Of a DNA stretch of 33,849 bases, positions 1 through 10,691 are shown one piece after another. This DNA is from Tubiluchus corallicola (taxonomy: Eukaryota; Animalia; Priapulida), in the NCBI GenBank assembly GCA_030141605.1, contig JAQGDQ010001584.1, forward strand, positions 1 to 33,849, given 5' to 3'. The notes below the pieces were generated by a model. It saw only the letters and a program-made list of their open reading frames with translations. It did no database searches and had not been told where the DNA came from. Position numbers and translations under genes: made by a program. Numbering within the stretch: the stretch's first letter is position 1; every line of letters starts with the position of its first letter.

Positions 1-137
1 CACAAAATATAACCAATGCAACATATCGAAATAGAATTAAAGCTAATATAGATATGTATTGTATATATGATTATGGATTATTGCTTATCTCATGAAAAAA
101 ATTGTTGATAGTTTCAATGGCACAGACCTTGAAACAG

Positions 138-143
138 TTTATT
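138..143 (-). promoter_or_regulatory. candidate polyadenylation signal of MIOX
   Basis: AATAAA on minus strand ~445 nt after the stop; AT-rich context makes this weak. Confidence 0.3.
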
Positions 144-587
144 AACCGACTTTATCCTAATCCGAGCTGTTGCATCACGTTCTATCAACATCTTCAGTAA
201 GTATCATACTGCATAACAATCATCTTACATAAGTATTCACCTTTAAACGCATATATACATTTATATTTAAATTTATAATTGTAGCGCATTAAAGCACAAA
301 AAAAAACAAGTAGCAAAAGCAAACTTAGGCACAGTTTTAACAGTTTCAATGAATCGAACTATATAAATTATCACAAAAGCAGAGCTAGCCATATGTTTAA
401 ATACATTCACACGAATTTATCGTTTACATTTTAAATAGTCCGCTTTGCACAACTGCATTTAAATGGCAGGAGATAGTCAACTTACACAAATTACATATCA
501 GCGTTTTGTACATTAAAATGAAGATTTTTTTGCATTTAAATGCAGTTTAGATTTTCCACTGTAATCTGCTGTAGTCAAGCAAAGCAT

Positions 588-696
588 TTACCATTTTAGT
601 TTGCCAGGACAATACTTGTCAATCAGCATCTGGTAGTACGGAGTTAGTTTCTCCATGTCTGGTTTATCGTCAGCTTTGGAATACAAATCAAATTGG
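588..696 (-). CDS. MIOX: MIOX last coding exon ([35 protein letters not shown])
   Basis: FDLY.K and terminal LIDKY.PG.L.W motifs; TAA stop at 588-590. Confidence 0.97.
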
Positions 697-3600
697 CTGA
701 AATAAACAAAAATTAAAATTCAAAGATGTTTGAATTTTTTAGACCTTCCTGATGATCTTACAACATTACAATTCAAAGGATTTTTTAGACGTTCCTGGGC
801 ATTTTGCAACATGAGAATTCAAAGGATTTTTTAGACTTTCCTGGCAATTTTAGAAGATTAGAATTCAAAGGATCAACTTTAGAAGATTAGAATTCAAAGC
901 ATTTTTTAGACTTTCTTGGCAACTTTAGAAGATTACAATTCAAAGGATTTTTTAGACTTTCTTGGCAACTTTAGAAGATTAGCATTCAAAGGATTTTTTA
1001 GACTTTCCTGGCAATTTTAGAAGATTAGAATTCAAAGGATTTTTTAGACTTTTCTGGCAACTTTAGAAGATTAGAATTCAAAGGATTTTTTACACTTTCC
1101 TGGCAATTTTAGAAGATTAGAATTCAAAGGATTTTTTAGACTCTCCTGGCAATTTTAGAAGATTAGAATTCAAAGGATTTTTTAGACTTTCCTGGCAACT
1201 TTAGAAGATTAGAATCCAAAGGATTTTTAGACTTTCCTGGCAATTTTAGAAGATTAGAATTCAAAGGATTTTTTAGACTCTCCTGGCAATTTTAGAAGAT
1301 TAGAATTCAAAGGATTTTTTAGACTTTCCTGGCAATTTTGGAAAATTAGAATTCAAAGGATCAAATTTAGAAGATTAGAATTCAAAGGATTTTTTAGACT
1401 TTCCTGGCAACTTTAGAAGCTTAGAATTCAAAGGATTTTTTAGACTTTCCTGGCAATTTTGGAAAATTAGAATTCAAAGGATCAAATTTAGAAGATTAGA
1501 ATTCAAAGGATTTTTTAGACTTTCCTGGCAACTTTAGAAGATTAGAACTCAAAGCATTTTTTAGACTTTCTTGGCAACTTTAGAAGATTAGAATTTAAAG
1601 GATTTTTTAGACTTCCTTGGCAACTTTAGAAGATTACAATTCAAAGGATTTTTTAGACTTTCTTGGCAACTTTAGAAGATTAGCATTCAAAGGATTTTTT
1701 AGACTTTCCTGGCAATTTTAGAAGATTAGAATTCAAAGGATTTTTTAGACTCTCCTGGCAATTTTAGAAGATTAGAATTCAAAGGATTTTTTAGACTTTC
1801 CTGGCATTTTGGAAGATTAGAATTCAAAGGATCAAATTTAGAAGATTAGAATTCAAAGGATTTTTTAGACTTTCCTGGCAACTTTAGAAGATTAGATTCA
1901 AAGGATTTTTTAGACTTTCCTGGCAATTTGGAAAATTAGAATTCAAAGGATCAAATTTAGAAGATTAGAATTCAAAGGATTTTTTAGACTTTCCTGGCAA
2001 CTTTAGAAGATTAGAACTCAAAGCATTTTTTAGACTTTCTTGGCAACTTTAGAAGATTAGAATTCAAAGGATTTTTTAGACTTTCCTGGCAATTTTAGAA
2101 GATTAGAATCCAAAGGATTTTTAGACTTTCCTGGCAATTTTAGAAGATTAGAATTCAAAGGATTTTTTAGACTCTCCTGGCAATTTTAGAAGATTAGAAT
2201 TCAAAGGATTTTTTAGACTTTCCTGGCAATTTTGGAAAATTAGAATTCAAAGGATCAAATTTAGAAGATTAGAATTCAAAGGATTTTTTAGACTTTCCTG
2301 GCAACTTTAGAAGATTAGAATTCAAAGGATTTTTTAGACTTTCCTGGCAATTTTGGAAAATTAGAATTCAAAGGATCAAATTTAGAAGATTAGAATTCAA
2401 AGGATTTTTTAGACTTTCCTGGCAACTTTAGAAGATTAGAACTCAAAGCATTTTTTAGACTTTCTTGGCAACTTTAGAAGATTAGAATTTAAAGGATTTT
2501 TTAGACTTTCCTGGCAACTTTAGAAGATTAGAACTCAAAGCATTTTTTAGACTTTCTTGGCAACTTTAGAAGATTAGAATTTAAAGAATTTTTTAGACTT
2601 TCCTGGCAATTTTAGAAGATTAGAATTCAATGGATTTTTTAGACTTTCCTGGCAATTTTAGAAGATTAGAATTCAATGGATTTTTTAGACCTTCCTGGCG
2701 ATTTTAGAAGATTAGAATTCAAACACTAACATTGAATTTTCTGCACTGTCACAGAATCTGTTTCAGAAGCATGCAAAGGTGCAGAATAGTCCAAAACATA
2801 TTTGACGATTTTTTTATTCATTGGGGCACAACTTTAAAGTAAAATACATTACATTTTTGCTAAAAATGGACACCAATTTGATTGAAATAATCATATTAAA
2901 AATTAAGTAATCATAATAATTACGTAAAAATGAACTTAAGTGTGTACTATGCACGTCTTTAAGTTTAGCAGTACCTATTCAAACACTTCACAACAATTAA
3001 AATTAACCAAGACTTACTTGAATTCATTTACCCACTGTAACATTTCTGTGTCACGATTATTGCAGAGATACATGTAATCTCCACACGTATGCCATGGGTA
3101 GAAAGAATGAAATCGTACAACGTACAGCGCCTCATCCGGAAGAGTTGTCTCATTGTGCACCAAAACTCGGTACATGTACTCTGTAAAATGTCATTGTAAC
3201 TCATTTCACAAAAGTCTTTTTTTGATAAAGGAAGAAATTCTGAAAGTAGCAGTAGAATTACGGTCAACCTCGCTTATAAGGGATCACGAACACGGGTCCC
3301 GATTTTTCGTAACGTTTTTCCTTATAAAAACTTTCGTATATAAGGTACGACATCTTCAGAACAGCAACCCAGGTAAATTACCTCGCATATAAGGGACCCT
3401 ATGATCAAAGCGTAATTGATCGATTTTTAACCTCAATTTTCCGCATACTCGGTCTTCGAACAGCTCGGTTTCCGTGGTCACATACATCTCACATCACTGA
3501 AGGAACTTCCTACATACTGTTTGCACTGAATGTGTAGCAATAATCCATAAAAATATGGGCAAAAGTACGGAAAAGTACAGGTCTAGATACACTCTCGGGT

Positions 3601-6600
3601 CAGCTATAAGGGACATCGGATATAAGGCATGGTTTTTTCCGGCCCGGAGGTGTCCCTTATATCCGAGGTTGACTGTACATGCATGCAGAAAATAAGAGGA
3701 ACAGAAATGCTGAGAAAAAGCCGCTTAAACAAGCTGCACAAAACTACCTTAGCATACTGATAATTACAATTACAATAATTACAATTAATATTCCATTAAT
3801 TTCCATAACACTTTGAGCAGAACTTTCGCTAAGGTTAATCTAACAAGAAGTGCATCAAGTCCACAGTATGCCATTGGTATCTGCATCATCAGCATACATA
3901 CATTGGTGAATTTTTACCTTTTTCAGTAATTAGGGGTTCACTTAACCTTTATTAATCCGACGACGGCGGCAACGGCAATGACGACGACAACAAGAATGGC
4001 AGTACTAAGAGCAGCAGCAGAAATGAGTGATTTACATGGGCACTGGTCGCAGAGCAAAGACTTATGTAAAACGGAAGCTCACAAATTTTAAAGTCTGTTT
4101 TAACTACGGATAACTTACCGTCATGTCCCCATGACATAAGCACATTTTCCAAGCCACAGTTTTCTTCATACATGCCCATATGTGAACTGCAAACAGAGAA
4201 AATTTCGGCACGACTTAATTACACTACATTAAAATAACAGTATTTTCAAATAAGCTACGTATATACAAATAACGTAGTAATTTAAAACGTAGTAACAAAC
4301 GTCTGACAAATGTAGTACATTGAAAACAATATAAAATGTTACACAATAACGCATAATGCATTCCAGAGGTTTGATAAACGGCACTTAAGGGTAGATAACA
4401 CTGGTTTAGTACAGGTGTCTCCTCACTTTTGACTCAAAAATACATACCAATATATTGATATACACTATACAACATACATGATGTACATAACTTTCATCTG
4501 TTTTCTTGTGATATATGATTTTTACAGATATAAGGCACCTTTAGGATTTAGCAAATTGTTCTAATGCTTATAATTCAGAGAAAATATTAATTTGGTGTGT
4601 TGTAAGTTACTGAGCAACAGCGGGCCCAGTCCCCTTAGGCCCACCCCCTAAAACGGCCACTGTAGACAATGCATTCTGCATGACAGTATACAAAATCGTT
4701 AGACCAAGTCTGTTGACATAAAATCAAACATATTCTTATACTGGCACGAAATTTGAAAAAAAAGTTCTATATGTTTATGTAGAAAACTTTGACTAACACT
4801 CGAACACAAGCATCTCTATACAAGAATCAGATGCAGTGCTTACTTGTAAGAATTATTCTTGTTGTCTGGATTGTTCGTGAAGCTCTCACAACCAAACACA
4901 ATACTAGGAGAAAAAGCGCATCCCACAGGAAATGTATCGCCAACAACAGCCCACTAAAATGCATCAAAAAAAATCATTACTTAAACAGTATTGCCTTACT
5001 TTGAGGCAAATGGCGGATTTTTTTAATTGCATCATTGGATGCTGCTGACCATGAGATGATACTATTATTACAAATCAGGTCATCAGTAGTGGCGACTCGT
5101 GTATAGGTACTGGGGCACTGCAGCACCACCTATTTTCACTCAGTGTTATAGATAATATTCAACATAATAAGTCTTTATTCTTTAATTCTTTCTTTACGCT
5201 TGTACGGAACCAGAGCACGTGTGGGTAGTACTCTTTACTTCACAGCCCAGGACAGTGTGCACCAGCAATGCGGTGTTTGGCTGTTGTGCGCATGCAGCTA
5301 CACACGTCTGAGCCCAAGTAGAGAAAGTACTGTCACTCACACAGTTTGTAGTCAGTTGTCAAGTGCTTACCGTGAATGAATCAAGCTTGAGCTGCGAAAA
5401 TTTAGGCTGTCAGTAAGCAAAAAATATTTTTTGTTTAGGATTTTATTAAGTTTATATGATTGTTTGTTAAAAATTACAACACTAAAATTAAATTTGTTTT
5501 ACACAGTATTAAAACAAAGGCTAAAAATTTTCTGAAGCAGCAACCCCACTAATTTTAGCTACGAGCCGCCGCTGTTTATCAGTATCACTGTGTTCTGAAT
5601 ATTAATAGAAGCCTTAAATGAAAGTGACAAACATTACCTGAGGTTCACCATAACAAGCTAGAAGTTTACCCAAATCGTGTAAGAGCCCAGTAAGTTGAAA
5701 CCAATCTAGACATAAAAATAGATTTTAATAAATGTGTATAACAGACAAAAATATGTACTTTTAACTAAATAACATAATTATACAAAAATATCTACTTTTA
5801 AGTAACTAACATCACTATGCAAATATCTTGTTTTAAGTAAATAACATTACTATGCAAAAATATCTACTTTTAAGTAAATAACATAACTATGTAACAAATA
5901 TCTACTTCACATGTAGACTAGTGGGGTGTTAGTGAAACCCATGCTCGGAGTATCTCAATACAACAACAAAAACGTTGCACTTGATAAAAATGAAAAAAGC
6001 TTCTTTGATAATTCTGCTCTTAAACAAACTAATTCCTGATGTAATGAAAAGAAAGAAAATAACCGCCTTAAGTAGAACTTACTGCTTATTGCATATGTAA
6101 GTTGGTAGAGAAAAACTTGTTCAGACTGCAGAGAATTACCAGTCCCGTTTTGCACTTCATTGTAAAGTGAAATTACTCGAGTATAAAAACTTGCTTCAGT
6201 TATGCAAATATTAATGTCTGATTTCAACTAGTTATTATTACAACTTCATACACCTTCCCATAAAACAGGGCCGGAACTAGATGTGGCAAGCAGGGGGGGG
6301 GGGCAAAAATTTTCTGGGAGGGCGAGGTATCCGAAGTGGTTAAATAATGGTTAAGCCAATTTTAACCCCTTTTATACTGCATGCAGGCCTATAATTAGCA
6401 TGTGTGTAGGACGGCGTAGCGGACAGAGCAATAATGAGAAAATTAACTCTCAGTTAACCTAACGTTATTAATGTGCCTCTAACTAAATTGTTATTTACAG
6501 AAATTTATCACACACAAGTTTTAAGAAAATAATACACTGAAGCTACCAAACATTTTTTACCTAATTCTAATTCATATTGAAAATGATTACATGCGAACTG

Positions 6601-9600
6601 CAATTTTCACTGCAAAAAAATTATTTGTCTGATTTTGCAGGGGGGGGCGCCCCCTCGCTCCCCCTTAGTTCTGCCCCTGCCATAAAACATGTACCGTTCG
6701 CAATGTACCAAGCTGATGTCTGCGAGTCTGCTAATTCCACTGCTACTGGGTTATGACGGTCAGCGTTGGTCAGCAAATCATCAAAGTAAGATGACTCTAG
6801 TTTACCTTTATCTGGATGTTTCTCTCGGATCCGTTCAGCAGTTTGAAACGCGTGATAAATGTTTGGTACATCTACATCTGGATCACTCTGATCAATCACA
6901 TTGTTGAGCTGAACAAGTGCCTCCATGATTGTCATCTCCCCGTTATTAAACTGTCCATATTGATTTATCTACGATGAAATTACGATTAGGGTTACCATAG
7001 TTGAAAAAGAGGACACTTTTTCGCACACTTGTAACTAGGCAAAAATGACCAGTCTAGGGTGTATTAAAACAGTGCAAATATAAATTTAAAGAAATTCACA
7101 TAAAAACAAACAAAATAGCTCCCGGAAGCTGACGTCATTTTAAGTCATTAGCGAATACGCCGAGTATCGACAGCAGTGTGAGTCGTGTGACCCATAGTGA
7201 TGTGCGCATCTCTTATTTTTGTTCAGTAAATATGTACACAAAGCTTTTACACGGGTTGCATTTTGAAATGTTAGCAACATCTTGTATTGAAAATTAACGA
7301 GTTTTTCTTTGTCTCGTTTCCGGGGAAACATGGGCGTATGGTAACCTAATTACGATTAAATTACGTAAATAATTAGGTCAAGGATAAATTTCAAGGCTAT
7401 GAAGAGGCTGATCAAGAGGTGTGATATTGGGTATTAGCTTGCTCACTGGTAATAAAGTCATAGGAAAAAAGTCACAATTAATTTTGGCTATGGTTAGGGT
7501 TATTTCTTTGTTTATGTTTACCTGTGACTTTTTTTACCTGAATTCATTTAAACTGGTAACATTGGGTTAAATTGCATGAAACTGGTCAATATTACGAGCC
7601 ACTGTTAATGAATAAAACAAACTAATATATGATCCAATGCTGTACAAACCTTGTTCTTCACAAACTCCACTGTTTGTTTCTCATGCATCAAATAGTATGT
7701 GTCTTTCACTCTTTTGGGAACGGTCGCCAACTAAGAAAAGTTAAAGACAAAATGTTACGACAAATGTATTTATGGTGATGTTGTGTTTTGTTTCTCTCGG
7801 AAGGCTCGTAGAGAAAACCAGAAAACACGCCGTAAAATAAAACTACTTTATTTAGCGAGAATTCTACTGGACAAAAAGATGAAGGAACGAGAAATGATTA
7901 TACTAAACGTGAAAATCTGGAAAACGTTTAAGTATATCTGAAAATGTAAGTATTACGTCCGTGAGATTTGCATGCTCTGTGTGCGATCCCGTGTCGGCGG
8001 CCTGCTTCGCCTTATATAGCGCGCTGTAGAAACTTCTTGAACAAATGTTCGAGAACAATCTAGATGCTAAGGCGGTCATTCCGACGTAACATTCTACGAT
8101 GTTCTATGCAATTCTACTTGACGTCAGCGATCTCCACAACAGGCGACAAGAAAGAAGCAACTTTTGGAACTACTACTAACAGTTTCATTACGATTTGTCA
8201 GTTCATTAAAGATTAAAATGTACAACAATGCCTGCTTTGCTCGAATCTATGAATAGACAACATGTATCATAGACATTGCTCTACATGGCCCCAACTCATA
8301 CTTTGAAGGGTACTAAACGTTGTTATGGCATAAAAACTGTCCCAATTCAAGAGCCAATTTGGACAGGAGGTCTAGCAGGAAAAGTACTAGCAAAAGAACT
8401 ATTTCAGGTTAAAAAACACCAAATTGCGATATTTTTGCATCACTGTATATTTGTCTAAAAATGCATGGGCAAGTGAATGCATTTGCAGACTGTATAGTTA
8501 TGTGGTAGCGAATATGAAAGCTGTTAGTGATAGGTGTTGGAAACTACATGTAAGTTTTGTGTGCGGAGACTGTTAAAGGTTTTAATCAACTGGTGATGAA
8601 GTCTTGTAATTCGGGTAATTGGTCCTGGAGTAAAAATTACAAAACTAAAGTGAAATATTTAAGAGCATAATGATTTTTTAAATGCTGTATTGTAAATCTT
8701 TGACACCAGGTTATAGTGTAAATAGGTGTGTATATAGTGTATAGTGTATATAGGTTCTAGGCCAATATAAGGTTCTGCTCTTCAAACTTCTTATGGTGTT
8801 GTGTTTGCTGTCACTCTATTACATTTCTGCCGAGGAGTCTCGACTGCTTTATTCATGTTACAAATTTATGTTAAAAGGTATAAAAAATGTGAAAGCTAAT
8901 GTTGCTTTGTAAGATTATTAACATTATTTAACAATAATTAGCTAAAACTAACTTGCATGAATGCACGAGATACAAAATATATATTTATCAATGTAAAACT
9001 TACTGCTACTGCTAATTAGTAATTACATATATTACATTTTTATTATCAGCCAGTTTTAATCTTTGCTGCAGTCTTTTTATCATGTGAAAATTATATGTTT
9101 AATAAATGCACATGACAAAAGTGGCTTCTGCCACAAGATTCATTTGATTGTCGCCTGCTTTTAATTGTAAATGCAAGTCTTAGATACCGTTCTTTACTCA
9201 TTGTGGTTGGATTATTGTGTGAAAATAGTTATAACGTAGTTAAGCGTACTGTTCGAAAATAACTAGCTAAACTAGATGGTACTTTATATATAGTTTGGTG
9301 GACGTTTATTAATATCGTTAATTTTTTGGTACACTATATTGCACAATTCAGCACTTGAAAGGCAGAGCTTACAATAATTTACTACTAATATTTAACAGTT
9401 ATAGTGAAACTGCAGGCAAAAGTTACCAGCAGGGCTTATTTCATGGGGGGGGGGGGAAGTGGGGATACTTCCTCGGGGCCTCATCCTCCAGGGGGGCCTC
9501 GCGCCAAGGTAACATTTTTTTGCTTTATGCGAACATACTGCCTCCTCTCTCCCTCTCTTGCCGCACGCGCGCCGTTTGCCAGTATTGGCAAGTATTAAGG

Positions 9601-10654
9601 ACTGGTCTAGAGAATAAAGCAGTTTTTCTTTCAATTGTTCTTTCCTTTAACAACTGTATAACTCAATATTTTCTCTTCGAAAATGCTTCTCCGGCGTTCT
9701 AGCAGTTCAAAACGTTTCTGGGTGCCAACCATGCTGGCGACCACCACCCCGGCGCTTTGCACCCTTCCCTGAGAGGCCCTCACACGCCCTACTTCCCCGA
9801 GCCTAGCTTAGGCTGAAATAGGACCTGGTTACCAGTAGCTTATTATCAATCAGGAATATTCCTTCAAGATGAGACACTAATATTTAAAGCAGCAGAAATT
9901 TCGTAGACATGTCTAGTCATCTCTCGACAAAAGAATTAGCGGGAGGTAGCAAGTGAAAGACCGTTAGTTGAAATAGCTCAGAACAGTTTTAGAATGGTGC
10001 CCATCCATTTACTGACCAGGAATGGTGGCGTTTGACTTTAATCACAATAAATTCGACTAATTAGCCCATTATGTGCTCAACTTATTACTGTTGAGTACTT
10101 TCATAAAATAAACTCAGAATTATCAGAACACAACAAGTACTTGACTGCAGGGCACTGGTGTAAAAATTTGGCTGGGTCCAGTAATACAACTTGCACTTTT
10201 CAAGACGTGTCATGAGTAGAACTAGCAAATACAAGAAAGCAAACAAATACTACGCTCGCTTCTGGTGTCTGTGAATGTATGAATTTAGCTAGGTTGCAGT
10301 GATACTACTTGCACTTTCGGCGACACATTGCGATTCGAAAAAGTAAACAAATACCATGCTTCTCTAGTGTCTACGATCTATGAACGTGTAAATTTAGCTA
10401 GGTTGCAGTGATACTACTTGCACTTTCGGAGACACATTGCGATTCGGAAAAGTAAACAAATACCACGCTTCTCTAGTGTCTATGATCTATGAACGTGTAA
10501 ATTTAGCTAGGTTGCAGTGATACTACGTGCACTTTTGGAGACACGTGATTCGGAAAAGTAAACAAATACCACGCTTCTAGTGTCTATGAACGTATAAATT
10601 TAGCTAGGTTGCAGTGATACCGCCTACCAGTGAAAGTTCACGGGCAGGAGAGAG

Positions 10655-10691
<37 letters not shown>

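Noticed and set aside
713-2723. CRISPR-like appearance of regular repeats (also 25462-26537, 29131-29880)
   Set aside because: Head-to-tail units with no unique spacers, eukaryotic intron context, no cas genes.
3028-3392. Track ORFs overlapping MIOX exon 8
   Set aside because: Wrong frame or strand; the real exon is 3018..3180 in another minus frame.
8200-8870. Possible internal region of the LTR element or a decayed LINE/piggyBac remnant (KRCYGIKTV..., VCGDC)
   Set aside because: The TSD closes the LTR at 8146, and the peptide hints are too short and interrupted to classify.
10153-10632. CACTGGT...ACCAGTG as TIRs enclosing the 110-bp array
   Set aside because: Only 7 bp of inverted match and no target-site duplication.
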